This document shows positions 24,932-37,698 of a DNA stretch of 64,000 nucleotides, piece after piece (position 1 is the stretch's first letter; the number at the start of each line of letters is the position of its first letter). The stretch lies in the NCBI GenBank assembly GCA_026026165.1, contig JAPEUD010000002.1, positions 310,001 to 374,000 on the forward strand, written 5' to 3'. This DNA is from Sarea resinae. Taxonomy: Eukaryota. Under the pieces are notes generated by a model, which saw nothing but the letters and a program-made list of their open reading frames with translations, searched no databases and was not told the origin of the DNA. The translations under genes and the position numbers were made by a program.

Positions 24932-26065
24932 GCATTGGAAAGGCAGGGCTGGGTTATCATTATCATGGCGTTTTCTCTCTTTCTCTTTCTGTCCAGAATC
25001 TTTCTGATACCAATGTACGATCTGATTACGGTAGAGATGACACGAATATCCTTACGCCAGCAGTCATCATTAATACAAGGTCGGAGACACGAGATATCCA
25101 TCGAATAATCGAGCGATTTTTTTGCGAGCCTGTCTGCCCGTCTGCTTAGACTGGTCGAGCGATGGATGAACAGCAGTAGTTCCACCTGCCTAATTCATGA
25201 CCTCGGTATCGCGCGCCCGCGCGCGTGTCAGCTATAGTATACTATAGCTTCAGACCTGCTATCTAAGATAGGTACCTACCTACCTACCTTACCTACTTGC
25301 CTACCTGAGAGCGGTGTCATTCGCATAAGGTATGGGCCGGGCGCAAGGAGTGTGCGCGCGCCGGTGGTCCCATCCAGGGGGTTCCAGGACAGGATCTCGC
25401 GAGAACCGGCTCGCTGGGGCGTGTCGCAGAAATCATCAACTTGCGCACGGTCGAGACGACTCGAGAGCGCATCAGGCAACGAACGGATTACGACTGTGAT
25501 GAGGCTGGGGGTTCTGTGCGTCTTCTCTAACATGCCATGCCGCCGAACGAAGCACAATCGTGACACGGTTCCTGGACGGAGCGATGGCTGGTCGTGTATC
25601 TAAGTAGGTGATTGGGTTTTATAGGGGGGGGGGGGGCGGTTTCGTTTTCAATGTGATGATGGGACGTGATGGGATTTTGGCATGAGAGCGGTTTGGCTGG
25701 ATAAGAGGGGGAAAGAGTAGAACTTCGGGCTGGCCAGTAACTGTATCTTGCGTCTCTCCGGGTTCGTTGATGCGATTGATGGTTCGATGGAGAATAGACC
25801 AGGGCGAGGAGTAAGGTAGCCCTGATTAGGTAGTATTATAATCACGTCGAAGGAGTACAGTAATAATGAACGAACACGATCTCTGTACGATTCGGCACGA
25901 AAGACGGAGGGGACCTCGGACCTCTGCTGATCCCTTTCGCTAAATCTAACCTTACTGTTAGTCAGAGCATCGTATGGCATCATGGCGGGCGGAGTGGAGT
26001 GGAGTGGGATTGATGTGATCTCCGCCCGTCGTCTTCGATTCTTCATGTGCCCGCCCGAGGGAACC

Positions 26066-26071
26066 CACGTG
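26066..26071. promoter_or_regulatory. CACGTG E-box (Pho4/NUC-1/PalcA-type site) ~450 bp upstream of the phosphate transporter
   Basis: Exact CACGTG in the promoter of a PHO84-like gene. Confidence 0.5.
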
Positions 26072-26519
26072 CTGCCAACTCGAGTCCTGACAGGTACGGC
26101 CTCCGCAGGGTCCGAGGGAGCGAACCCCCGGCACAGCAAGGGCACCCCCTCCGCACCCTTCAGGGCTCCCCGGTCCCTCTCATGCCTCGAATCCCGCCTA
26201 CTGCGGCCTACTGCGCAGTAATGCCCGTCCCACGCCTTCCCAACCGCACGCTAACTCGCCTGGGATCTCACTACCGATTCATCCCATGCACCCCCCATGG
26301 ATCGCCTCAGCCCTTCTAGAATCCATTGCAACATCACACTTATCGACCCCTCCTGCGCCGTACGAGGGGGGCAGACAGGAGCCATGAACAAACCATTGAA
26401 AAAAGGCCCACTACCAGAGCCTCAGTCTTCTCTCGGCACCCGTTTTTGAAAAATGGCCTTGCGCTGAACTACGATTGTTATTATTTTTCTGCTATTATCA
26501 TTACACTCATTTGGTCACG

Positions 26520-28597
26520 ATGGGAAGATGGGGAGGTCGTCTCTATGCGACGGATCGAGCCCGAGATTTCGATCACGAACGGGTATGATGATGATGATCA
26601 TCTTCTCGGATGGGGAAAAGAGCTGACGGGAGTCCTGGCAGGACCGAAATGTTCGCGTTCAACAGATTTATGAGACTATTGATAGGCAGCCCTTTCAATG
26701 GGTCGTGGTGCTGGTCGCAGGTATTGGTTTCTTTTTGGATGGATACACCGTCAGTACTCCCTGCAGAGATGGCTGGAATTCATTCTTCGCTTGTCGGACG
26801 TGACTGAGATCGTATCTTCGACTTGAAGCTTTTTGCGAGTAATATAGCGCTGCCGATGGTTGCATACGTTTATTGGCAGGATGACACCTCTTCACTGCGC
26901 GAGACGTATGTAAATATTGCGACTTTGGCTGGGACCATCTTGGGTCAGGTTATCTTCGGAATCGCAGCGGACAAAATGGGCCGGAAAAAGATGTACGGTC
27001 TCGAGCTCTTGCTGGTCATTGGTGCTACTTTGGGCGTGGTAATGTGCTCGACCGGCGAACATAACAGCATGAATGTTTTCGCCTGGTTGATATGGTGGAG
27101 AATCGTGGTGGGAATAGGTGTCGGTGCCGATTATCCTTTGAGTGCGGTCATAACATCCGAGTAAGATATCTGGATCTCGCCTGAGTTTTTCATCCTTCAT
27201 CCGCTTACGGTTCTTCGTCGCAGATTCGCGCCTACTCGCCATCGTGCCCGGATGATGGCTGCTGTCTTCTTCATGCAGCCGCTTGGGCAGATCTCCGGAA
27301 ACGTGGTCTCCTTGCTCGTGGTACTTGGTGTTCGAGGTCAACATGGCCCGGACACGATCAAGGAGGTTGACAGGATATGGAGATGGGTGATCGGAGTGGG
27401 CATCTTGCCAGGACTTTTCGCTGTCGTTTTCAGGGTTGCCATTCCTGAGACACCTCGATACATCCTCGATATCGAAGATGACCCGATCAAAGCCGAATTC
27501 GACGCTGCAAATCTATTCGGGGAGTCGCCAGCAGATATCGAGCTGGAAAGTCATGATTGGGGAAGTCAAGTGGCGGATCTCCAATCCCCGAATGAACCGC
27601 GAATATTCTCGGATACCCGGACGTTGACGGAGAATAGTGTCTCGTGGGTCGTTGGCCCTTCAAATGCTCCGCCCCTGAAATGGGGTAAAGAAGATGCTTA
27701 TCGATACTTTTGGCTCGAGGGGAACTGGAGGACTCTTGCTGGGACCTGTCTCTGCTGGTTTTTCATGGACTTTGGATATTACGGCATTTCACTGAGTAGT
27801 CCTCAGTTCTTGGCCAAGACGTGGGGTGCTCTCCATGTAGCGAACAACAGTTCTGCGCCCATCTGGCTGATCAACGATGCCCCGAATGCCTCAGTCTACA
27901 ACATGTTTATGGACACCTCAGTACACGCCCTAGTTATCTTGAACGTGGGAAGTTTCATCGGTGGACTCCTCCTCATTCTCTTGGCAAATCATGTAAACCG
28001 GACGAGTCTCCAGAAATATGGATTCCTCGTGCTCGCTGCTCTTTTCATTGCCATGGGCTCTATGTTTGCAGCAGTGCAGAAAACAGGCGCCGTGGCCATT
28101 GTGCTTTATGTCATCTGCCAGATCGCTTTCAACTTGGGTGAGGTTCAGCAACCCCGCTTTTGATCAGACTGCTTGTACTGACAGGATTAGGCCCGAATGG
28201 AACAACCTTTATGATACCAGCAGAAGTTTTTCCTACTCGATATCGATCTAGCTGTCATGGCATTTCAGCGGGAGCCGGGAAGCTCGGCTCCATTCTCGTT
28301 CAGATATTTTCTGCATACGTCAAATTTAGCGGCTCGAGTCCTTTCCGGGCAGACACGAAACGATACGGACAGATTCTCCTCGTCTTTTCCGTCTTCATGA
28401 TTGCTGGGGCCGTCATCACCCATTTTTGGATTCCAGACACGCAATACAAAGGACGAAAGGAGAAATCTTTGGAAGTGCTCGCGACTGGCCGTGCTGGATT
28501 GGTCGCCATGAATCGAGAGTCCATGAGGATGGGGAGGACGCCCTCCTATTTTGGCGGCTCGGCGGGAGACATCTGGGATGGCACTGTACGGCAATGA
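26520..28597 (+). CDS. MFS phosphate:H+ symporter, Pho84-like, 5 exons
   Basis: VLVAGIGFFLDGY, ADKMGRKKMYGLEL, GIGVGADYPLSAVITSE|FAP..RARMMAAVFFMQPLG, IPETPRY, GPNGTTFMIPAEVFPTRYRSSCHGISAGAGKLG. Confidence 0.92.
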
Positions 28598-29037
28598 TAG
28601 CTGGGCTGATATGACATGATAGCGTAACGTATCTATTAATATACCTGGTCTGGAATGGCGTTTCCGGACGATTTGCTGGACAGGACGGCCACTCCTCGGT
28701 CTCAGAATTTCTACATGTTCCTTTAAAAAGGACTTCATATCCATTTGCAAGCCTCAAGTAGAGTAGACCTAGAGCCACAATACTGCTGGGCTCAGTGTCT
28801 GAGCTTAATCTACGATAGGATCGTGCCATACGATGATGGTGGTGGAGCTTTACTCCTGAATATCACCTTGCCTCATTGGGTGTAGTCAATAGGGGATCTC
28901 GCGCGTTACCCGGCTAGCGATTTGAGGTACATGTTTGATGTATCTCGATAAGTTGGTCATTGGCGACGCGCGACAGCTGAAATTTGAGCTCGATCGTGAA
29001 CCTTCAGCATCAAGCTCTATCGAGCCATTTGGACTGG

Positions 29038-31878
29038 ATGAATGTCGTAGCATGGCACGCTCTGCGAGTGCTGCCTAGGGCCTCTCCACGAGCTACGTGC
29101 CGTCTGATCGCGGGCCGCCGATACCCTCTCCCGATACGCTCCTTTCACCGGTCCGCCATCGCATATCGAGACCCTCGAGATCCTGATTCAAGGAGTCCAG
29201 CCCCAAGGCAAGATGATGACAGCATAGCACCGCCTGAACCGACAGCGGCAGAGGTTACAGAGCTGGATGACCAGCCGGAGACAGAGGTCCAGCGAGAGAA
29301 GAACAACTACGGCTCGGCAGCTCGGCGATCGATGAGGAACAAGAAGCCAAAGGAGATTCCGCCGATCATATTCCCGGACTGGTTCCTCGCAAAGAATGTG
29401 AAATCCCGCGACTCTTTGTCTCAGAAGGGGACCTCTCTAGGCATATATGAGGAGAACTCGGCGGATGACAGCGCGGTCGACCCTTTCAATGGGAAGTCCC
29501 AGAAGCAGACCGAATTTCGTTATCTTCTGCCTAAAAACCTTTGGCTCGAGATCCTAGCCACAACGAAAGCCAGCCTTGACCTTCCTCCATCTCGTTACGC
29601 CGACGACTTCCTTGCTGAGAAGCACAATCTTCTGCTCCAATGCCCCCACGACGGCGGCACCTTCTTCCTCGACGCAGTCACTGAATCAGTAGCGAGATCT
29701 GTTGGAGCAGACTTGGTCCGAATAGATGCTCAAGATATCGCCGAGATCGGTGGCGATTATATTGGGGAACGGCCCGGAGCAGAGTCGATAAGATCGCTCG
29801 GATATGACGCCTATCGATCACGGCAAGATTTCAGAGAGACGGAGGATATTGAAGAGGATGATGAAGAGTTTTCTTTGGAGGACGAAGATGACGAGCCTAC
29901 GTCTCGGTCACCAGGCAGACCAGCCATTTCAAAGTTCAGCGCGATACCGATCGGGACGATCACTGGCTCCCTTGAAGATTTCCTGAAATCTGCCAACAAG
30001 CCCGGAAGGGGTTCAGGGGATTGGAAGCCACAGAAGACAAGGTATAGGGGCTTGGCTTCGGGCGATTGGGATGACATGAAGCTTTCAGCTCTCATCGAGA
30101 CATGGGTGGATGCATGCCAGCTGAAGCGTACTCCGGGATCTGTCGAGGTCCACTCCGTACTGGGAGCGGATCCATCTAAAAAGCTCATCATTGCGGTCCG
30201 AGATTTCAAAGAGGTTTTTGATACTTCACAGGGAGCTATCATCTTGTCCAGGCTTGTGGACATTGTACAAAGACGAAGAAAGGAGGGCCAAAGCGTCATA
30301 ATCATCGGATCAATCTCTTCTGAGGCTCTTATGCCATCCTTCTCCAAGTCGGGAATCAAAAGCCTCCAGGGCGAGTATGAGGACGGAGTGGGAAGGACGA
30401 TAGTGGTGCCTCCTGGTAAATATGCCTCGAACATTGACAAATATAATGAGGACGATAAGCAACGGTTAAGACTCATTAACACTCGACACTTGAGGGATAT
30501 GCTACGTCGACTAGGCTATGATGTGGAACGCCACAACAGTGCTATCGATCAGCTCGATCTACGACTGGATACTTCACAGACATTTGCTTCAGGGCTGGAA
30601 GAATACGTTTGGCCATTCAATCACGTTCACCGAGTGGCTGCCACGGCTCTAGGATTGCTTAAACCCGACGAGGCCTTGACGCAGGCGACCCTACAGGAAG
30701 CGCTTCTATTACTTGACAGCAGTGACCAGGAAAAATTCGAGATGGCAGCCGAGGAGAGGGAGCGCATGAAGGAGCCAGAAGAAAAGCCGACGACAGGCAA
30801 GGATACGGAGGAGAAGATGAAGAAACTGCGAAAGTCCTGCAACAAGCACGAGAAGAAGCTACTTGGCGGTGTTGTCAACCCTGGTAAGTCTCATTCATCT
30901 GAGCACATGTTCCCAATACTGACTCGCGTAGAACATCTTCACACTACCTTTGCAGACGTGCAGACTTCGCCCCAGACTGTCGAGGCTCTTCGAACTCTGA
31001 CGTCACTATCCTTGGTTCGCCCAGAAGCCTTCACATATGGTGTCTTGTCGACTGACAAGATTCCCGGCCTTCTCTTGTATGGACCACCTGGGACTGGTAA
31101 GACCCTGTTGGCCAAGGCTGTCGCCAAGGAAAGCGGGGCCACGGTCCTGGAAGTCAGTGGATCCGAGGTCTACGACATGTACGTTGGAGAGGGCGAGAAG
31201 AACGTGAAAGCAATCTTTACGCTGGCGAAGAAGCTTAGCCCTTGCGTCGTCTTCATCGATGAAGCGGATGCCATCTTCGGGTCCCGGGGCGGCAACGCCA
31301 GTCGAACCAGCCATCGCGAACTCATCAATCAATTCTTGCGTGAATGGGACGGCATGAATGATCTCTCTGCCTTCATCATGGTAGCGACGAATCGACCATT
31401 CGACCTAGATGATGCCGTGCTCCGACGTCTACCTCGTCGTCTCCTCATCGACCTTCCCGTCGAAAAGGACCGCGAAGCTATCCTCAAGATCCATCTTCGC
31501 GACGAGTCTCTCGATTCCTCTGTGATACTCTCAGAGCTTGCTGCACAGACGCCACTCTACTCTGGATCCGATCTCAAGAACCTCAGCGTCGCGGCCGCTC
31601 TCGCCTGCGTGCGGGAAGAGAACGACGTGGCCGCGCAACACCAAGGCTCCGAGGCGTACCAATACCCGGAGAAGCGAGTTCTGGCGAAACGGCATTTCGA
31701 GCAGGCCATGGATGAGATCAGCGCCAGTATCAGCGAAGACATGAGTTCTCTGTCTGCGATCAAGAAGTTTGATGAGAAGTACGGGGATCGTCGGGGCCGG
31801 CGGAAGAAGAGTGCGGCGTGGGGATTTGCGACCGCTCTGGAGTCGGAGAAGACGGAGACGGGGAGAGTGAGGAACTAG
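29038..31878 (+). CDS. Large mitochondrial AAA ATPase (Msp1/ATAD1/spastin-related). In-frame intron ~30884-30931
   Basis: Arg-rich presequence, degenerate first AAA domain, GLLLYGPPGTGKT, VFIDEAD, VATNRPFDLDDAVLRRLPRR, YSGSDLKNL. Confidence 0.9.
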   Translation: MNVVAWHALRVLPRASPRATCRLIAGRRYPLPIRSFHRSAIAYRDPRDPDSRSPAPRQDDDSIAPPEPTAAEVTELDDQPETEVQREKNNYGSAARRSMRNKKPKEIPPIIFPDWFLAKNVKSRDSLSQKGTSLGIYEENSADDSAVDPFNGKSQKQTEFRYLLPKNLWLEILATTKASLDLPPSRYADDFLAEKHNLLLQCPHDGGTFFLDAVTESVARSVGADLVRIDAQDIAEIGGDYIGERPGAESIRSLGYDAYRSRQDFRETEDIEEDDEEFSLEDEDDEPTSRSPGRPAISKFSAIPIGTITGSLEDFLKSANKPGRGSGDWKPQKTRYRGLASGDWDDMKLSALIETWVDACQLKRTPGSVEVHSVLGADPSKKLIIAVRDFKEVFDTSQGAIILSRLVDIVQRRRKEGQSVIIIGSISSEALMPSFSKSGIKSLQGEYEDGVGRTIVVPPGKYASNIDKYNEDDKQRLRLINTRHLRDMLRRLGYDVERHNSAIDQLDLRLDTSQTFASGLEEYVWPFNHVHRVAATALGLLKPDEALTQATLQEALLLLDSSDQEKFEMAAEERERMKEPEEKPTTGKDTEEKMKKLRKSCNKHEKKLLGGVVNPGKSHSSEHMFPILTRVEHLHTTFADVQTSPQTVEALRTLTSLSLVRPEAFTYGVLSTDKIPGLLLYGPPGTGKTLLAKAVAKESGATVLEVSGSEVYDMYVGEGEKNVKAIFTLAKKLSPCVVFIDEADAIFGSRGGNASRTSHRELINQFLREWDGMNDLSAFIMVATNRPFDLDDAVLRRLPRRLLIDLPVEKDREAILKIHLRDESLDSSVILSELAAQTPLYSGSDLKNLSVAAALACVREENDVAAQHQGSEAYQYPEKRVLAKRHFEQAMDEISASISEDMSSLSAIKKFDEKYGDRRGRRKKSAAWGFATALESEKTETGRVRN

Positions 31879-32619
31879 CATGTGCATTGGAGAAGTAGAC
31901 AGCGCGACGTTTCATGTATCATAGGTAGAAAGGAATAGGAATATGTCATCTGTCGTCGAGGAGCAGGTGCTTATGGTGGTATGAAGTACATAGAATAAAG
32001 GAGGTAGGGTTTGTGGGTTTGAATCATGGCGGGTGAGATCATCTTATCGTATCTTATCTTATCTTATCCGCTCCGGAGAAGCCAAGCTTTCAAGGTTGTT
32101 ACCGTTTTGGTACTCGATTACCGCTCTATCGCCGCCACCACCACTTTCGAATTTCTCACTCGCTCAATCCCTCATTCGGTCTTTGTCCCGTTTCCTCACG
32201 CACCCACAATCCCCTCCCCGAAGGCCGCATCTGCCAAATATCTCACTTGCCATTTCTGCCATATATCTTTCTCATCATCTTGGCTACATTGAGGATCTGC
32301 TCCTCTAAAACCAATCTCCGTCAGTCGCATTGACCTTACCAGCGTGTCTCACATCGCACAAAATGGCTGTTCTCGCTCCTCGACTCTAGTTTAGACCCCG
32401 CAATGCCGCTATCCTGTCTAGTCCTCTATCCGCGAGAACTTCAATGCGCAGCTGCAAACTCATGACATCAAGCTCTCTGTCTCTCTTGGCGCCTAGAAAC
32501 CACTACTGACAGCCTGCCACGTTCTCAATCAACGATCATCTCGCGACCGCTTTACCTCAAACAAACCCCTCCCCCGGGCCTCACCCGCGCACGCTGCAGT
32601 GCGTCGCACCTATAGAAAC

Positions 32620-34266
32620 ATGAGCACCTCGACGCGCCGACGCTTCCTCCCTTCCCACTCACACTCTCCATCCCGCGCCGGGATAAGTAATACCGACATC
32701 CTACGTCGCGACGAGGCCATTCGCGCCGCCAAAGCAGAATTGCGCGCCAAAGTCCGCGATGACTGGGAGTATGTGCCAGTGCAGGCGACGAAAGCGCAAA
32801 AGTGCGTCGGCCTAAAGCAGTCCGACGACGACCAATCCAGCAATGGCACACCATTCAGCTCCGCCAATACTAGCCAATGGGAGACCGCGCTGCAGCGACC
32901 ATCGTTCATAACGCCCCAGACGCAATGGGTCGAGCGCGAACTCGACCTCGAATCTCCGCCGCCATCACCGTCCGCCTCGTCGCTGGACGTCGGCCCTGGC
33001 TTCAATAACAACGACTACGATTCACACTACAAATACGACACCCCGGAATCAGTCCTGGGTGCCGAAGCTCTGGCGGCACAGATGCGCGAGCGCAAACGCA
33101 GGAGACGGAAGGCGCTCGAAGAGGAGATGGCCTGGAACGAGGGCTTGCGCGTCTGGGTCGAGCGAAGAGATGCCTGGTCCGGTGGGCGCGTGGTGCCGCG
33201 CAGAACCGTTGCGCCTGCTGGTGCTGCGCATAGCGATAGCAGTAATGGTGTTGCGACCAGTAGCGCATCAGCGTCAACAACCTCGCAACGACCCTCCCTG
33301 GACGGACCCTTGGCCTCACTCGAGCCTCGACCTGAACCCGAACCACAACCAGAACCACAATCACAATCGCCATCCCAGCCCCAGCCCCAACCCCAACCCC
33401 AACCCCAACAACCATCCGCACCTCTCTCACCCCCGACCACCACCACCACCACCACCACCACCATCTCTCCCGCCTCCCCCGCCGCCCTCGAAGAAGAAGA
33501 AGAAGAAGACCCAGACACCCTCCCTGTGGAAGTCCTCCCGATCCCCCCGCCCATCCTGCCAGCCACCAACCCGATCCGCGCCTCCATCACCCCCGCATCC
33601 TACAAATCCATCTACACGAAAGTGATCCTGCAATCGGTCGCGCCTGCTATCCCGATCAACCTCGCCGACGTCACGCGCGCGCTCGTCCAGGGCTGGAAGG
33701 ACGACGACCTGTGGCCGCCAAAGCCGACGACGGCGGCCCCGGAGCCCAGTCTCGTGACTACTGTCGCCGGTCGGGGCGCTGCTGCGGCGGCGGCGGCGAG
33801 GAGCAAGAGGGGCAAGCTTAGAGGCGGCGGCGCTACCGTCGCTGGGAAGACCTTGCTTGGAGCAAATACAGCTGGTGGTGGTGACGCCATCGCCGTCCTC
33901 GAACCCAGCCACGCCGGCACTGGCGAAAGCGCCGCATCCGCGAAACCGGGAAGCCGGTCCGGCCGCATGCGCCGACGGAGTAGCGCCACGTTCACCAAGG
34001 GCGTGGGCGCGGTGAAGAAAGCCCTGGGGCTTAGTACTACGCATGAGAATGGTGATGGTGGTGGTTACAGCGGCGGCGGTAGCGGTGGCGGTAGCGGTGG
34101 CGGTAGCGGTGGTTATGGTGGTGGTGGTGGGGGAATCAATGGCGACGGCGCAGCAGTGGCGCGCGGGGAACCGGAACCCGAATCGGAAATACTACCCATC
34201 TCGCCTCCGCCTCCGCCTCCGACTGCTTCTGGTGATCTCTTGGGCCGGCGGGGGCTGGGAGAGTAA
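32620..34266 (+). CDS. Gag1-like clamp (DUF4050-type) protein with long low-complexity insertions; start uncertain
   Basis: KVRDDWEY, EEEMAWNEGLRVWVERRDAWSG, PILPATNPIRASITPASYKSIYTKVI, PINLADVTRALVQGWKDDDLWPP. Confidence 0.8.
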   Translation: MSTSTRRRFLPSHSHSPSRAGISNTDILRRDEAIRAAKAELRAKVRDDWEYVPVQATKAQKCVGLKQSDDDQSSNGTPFSSANTSQWETALQRPSFITPQTQWVERELDLESPPPSPSASSLDVGPGFNNNDYDSHYKYDTPESVLGAEALAAQMRERKRRRRKALEEEMAWNEGLRVWVERRDAWSGGRVVPRRTVAPAGAAHSDSSNGVATSSASASTTSQRPSLDGPLASLEPRPEPEPQPEPQSQSPSQPQPQPQPQPQQPSAPLSPPTTTTTTTTTISPASPAALEEEEEEDPDTLPVEVLPIPPPILPATNPIRASITPASYKSIYTKVILQSVAPAIPINLADVTRALVQGWKDDDLWPPKPTTAAPEPSLVTTVAGRGAAAAAAARSKRGKLRGGGATVAGKTLLGANTAGGGDAIAVLEPSHAGTGESAASAKPGSRSGRMRRRSSATFTKGVGAVKKALGLSTTHENGDGGGYSGGGSGGGSGGGSGGYGGGGGGINGDGAAVARGEPEPESEILPISPPPPPPTASGDLLGRRGLGE

Positions 34267-34830
34267 ATCGAAGGGGGGAAATAAGGAGGGAAGGGGCGCG
34301 GTGTGTGCGGTGGCTATGGGTTTGGCTTTGACTTTCGACTTTGTTGCTTGTTTGTGCTCTTGATCGGTATCGTTGCTGTTAGAGGCGGAGGCAGAGGCGG
34401 ACGAGGAAGAGGAGGAGGACGAGGAGTTTTCGCAGCAATCATCGGAGGAATCAGCAGAGGAGCAGCAAATAAAGAAGAAAGAATGCACTCAGGCAAGCAC
34501 AGGACCAAAAGCAGCAATTGAATTTTCCATGTCTATACTGCCTCGTTGCATTTTCCTAAATCTATTTTGGGGTGGGGAAAAAAGAAAATCATCATCTATT
34601 CGAAGCTTTATGGACTATCCGAACCACCACCATCCCCATCATCATCATCATGATCATCATCATCGTCATCACTGAGTAGATGCAGATACCTAGGCTCGCA
34701 TTCTTTTCTATTCCAATGAACCAATCAAGCAAGCAAGCAAGCAAGCAAGCCCAACCCAAACCTCCCACTCCCACTTTCCCCTGTCATGCCATGCTCACTT
34801 CCCCTCCCGTACCCAGCACACAGCACTCAC

Positions 34831-37449
34831 TCACACATGCGCCTGCCAAGCCCTCGCGCGGCGTGGGAAAACGCGCTTATAGAGGCTGACGCCGACCGAG
34901 TCCTGCGGATTGATTCTCCCATCAAACGTCGCCTTGAAATACCCATGGGTGCCCAGGCTCTCCTTGATGAAACCGGAGCGGCCGCGGCGCGTCCACAGCT
35001 GCAGCGCCTTGAACCACGCCACGTCCTCCGCGTTGAAGAACATGTAGCGGATCGTGACGAGCTTCTTGTGGATCTTGTAGGGGTGGCCGGTCAGGATGAC
35101 GCGCTTGGCGATGACGCGGGTCTGGTCGGGCGGCTGCGAGGTCCCGGTGCCGAGGAGTTCGAGGGAGGTGGTAGGGCTGGTGGAAGTGGGAGTGTCGGTT
35201 GTCATGGCTTCCGTGTCGGTGGCGTCTTCTTTTTCGACGGGTGCTTTTCGCCGCAGAAACAATGTCGGCACTGAGCCCCAGGTCAGCGGACCGATGCAGG
35301 TGGCCATGGCCGTGCGTCCCGGGTGGAGGTATCGGTCGAATTTGTGGACGTTGTTGGGCGTATTTCCCGGCTGCGAGAACAGTGGTTTGATGAGGAAACG
35401 ACGGGGTCCGCATTGCACAATCAGCTCTTCCTTTGACCTGATGGGCGCATCGTAGTCAGAGCTGAGGGTGATGCTGTAATTGGCCACCGTGTGTTTGTGC
35501 TCATGGCGAAGGAGAGAGAACAGCGACAATGGAGCCGTGGGGTTGTAGGATGTGCGGAGATTCAGGGGAACGGCGCGAAGGTGGACGTTCACGCGTGTCC
35601 CGGGCTGGACAGTGTCAGAATGAAATCGCGTAGCAAAACAGAAGATCCTACCTGTACGCCTCCTACGAGTGCCTCTCGAGTAGCTCTGCTCTTGCCGCCC
35701 TTGTAGTCTGCAACCTGAAGCAGTCTTCCCCATTCCTCGGGTTCGTGTGCTTTGTCCTCATCCGTCTCCCAGTGACTAGTTCGCAAGCTTTTCAGACCGC
35801 GATATCTCGCAAGCCGTTCTCGAGCCAGCACGTTCGGATGCAATTCAATCTCGTCTGGGAATTCGAGATCCTCCTCGGCCTCGTTCCGCCGTTGGGATCG
35901 ATACGCCTCGAGCTCCGCAGCTTCCTCTTCAGGGGATGGATCAAGGAACATCTCGGACTGCGGATATTCTGATGGTGCTATCTCCGTAGGTTCTGGCGCA
36001 GCATTCAACCCCTCAACACCGTCCTGCGGTAAAGCTGGAGTGTCCATGGCCAAGTCTCCCTCTTCATCTTCCGCGTCTTCCAGATCAGATCCAGAATCAG
36101 AGACATCATCAATGTACCAAGCTGACTGGTATTTTGAGGTGCCTTTGGGAAGACGCTTCGGCACCTCAGGCAAGTGCGATTCATCGTCCGAGAAATAATG
36201 GTGGTCATCCAATAGCACACCCTTCTTCTCCGGAACTGCCTCGGTCATAGATGCCGTATCAACATCGTCCATGACTGCTTCCTCTGGAGCCAGCTCGTCG
36301 AGGTCATCTTGATCTTCGGTTGGTTGCTCCAGGACCTTGCTCTCTTCTGCCGCATCGACCGCCATGTCGTCCGTCCGTTTCTTACTCGACTCTAAGGGGG
36401 CTGCCTCAATCTTTTCGATCTGGAAGTCACCCCAGGCTCCGACTTGCACCAGTCTGTCAGCTTTTAGACCCTTTCCTCTGACAACACCTGTCACAACAAC
36501 TTCTCCACGGCGGTCTGACAACTGTGCTGCAGCCTCGTCTTCCTCGGGCCACTGAACGTTTTCAACGAGCATCCAACTTCGATCCTCTCTCCAACGAATG
36601 CCCTTGGGAGTCGTCGTGCACAGGGAGCGTATGGTATTGGCGCAATCTTGCCGCGAATCCAAGGAGTGCACCTTTTCGATGGCTGGAAAGAAATGCGTAA
36701 TGAAAGACTTGAGAGAAGAGACAACTTGAGGGCGCCTCTTTGCTGGCTCAATACTATCAAGTCCCTGCATAGACTGTCAGTAAAAGAATTAGACTTCAAG
36801 AAAACTGAACATACTTGTACGACTGTGAGCGCATTCGAAACTCCTTGGCCTTCAATGCATCGAAGCATTAGCTCTCCCAGATCATCTACCTCCTGCTCGG
36901 GTGAGAGGACAAAGACGACAAAATCAGCCACACGACAGGCATCCAGGGCGGCCATCAGATCTCTTTTGACAACCACAAATTCAAGTTTCTGCTTGAATCG
37001 GTCGATGTTCGCGCGCAAAAGCCCCTCTGTGGGAGTGTCGAGCTCCAGATCCACACTGGCAATCAGACTTCGAACAGCAGCCGCCACATCGACATCCGCA
37101 CACAGTGGAACTAAGGAAACAATCCTAGGAGCTCCATCCCTCCCGGAGAATACGCTCGTGGCCTTGACGTTCTGCTGGTGTTTGACGAGCTGCTTTTGGC
37201 GGGCTTGGTTGCGTCGCTCGATCTTCGACATGACTTGCTGATGAGGAGTTCTTCGACGCCCTCTGTCTCCGTCCTCAATTTTACCTAGAGATCGTTAGCG
37301 GTTTTGGTCAAAATCCTGCCCGTTCTCTGAGATTACACACCCTTGGACCGCTCTTTCAGCTCACTCTTGCTGGCGTGTCGCGACTTGTACGACTTGTTCG
37401 AAGCCTTTGTCGTGCTCCGATGATGATGAGCGTCGACCATTGGTGCCAT
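34831..37449 (-). CDS. TSR1: Pre-40S ribosome assembly factor Tsr1, 4 exons
   Basis: HHHRSTTK...KSRHASK, SKIERRNQARQ, PKGTSKYQSAW, EFPDEIELHP..ARERLARYRGLKSLRTS, KRVILTGHPYKIHK, GFIKESLGTHGYFKATFD. Confidence 0.96.
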
Positions 37450-37698
37450 GGTGCCACCGGCCTTGAATCTGAACGGTATAGTCGCCAGTATGACGGTAAA
37501 GTGAGGAATTTAGAGTTGTTGTTCGTCCTCTGCCCCTCTGACGTTGAATTGGCGGGATGTCGAATATGGAATATTTTTGTGTGGGGTCACGAGGCGATAA
37601 GATAAGCGCAGCCCGCCTAGCCAATCCTAAAATTTCCTTAGCTTGATCAACTGCGACACCACCGGAGTCGACAAGAGAAAGACTTCAACTCCACCGAG
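37450..37698. promoter_or_regulatory. Compact bidirectional promoter shared by TSR1 and UTP7
   Basis: 249 bp between divergent ATGs. Contains GATAAGATAAG (37596-37606), GCCCGCCT and an RRPE-like AAAATTT (37629-37635). Confidence 0.65.

Noticed and set aside
26046..26145. GC-rich foldable segment (GTGCCC...GGGCAC) as a ribozyme or riboswitch
   Set aside because: No complete HDV, hammerhead or TPP consensus; the pairing is expected at this GC content.
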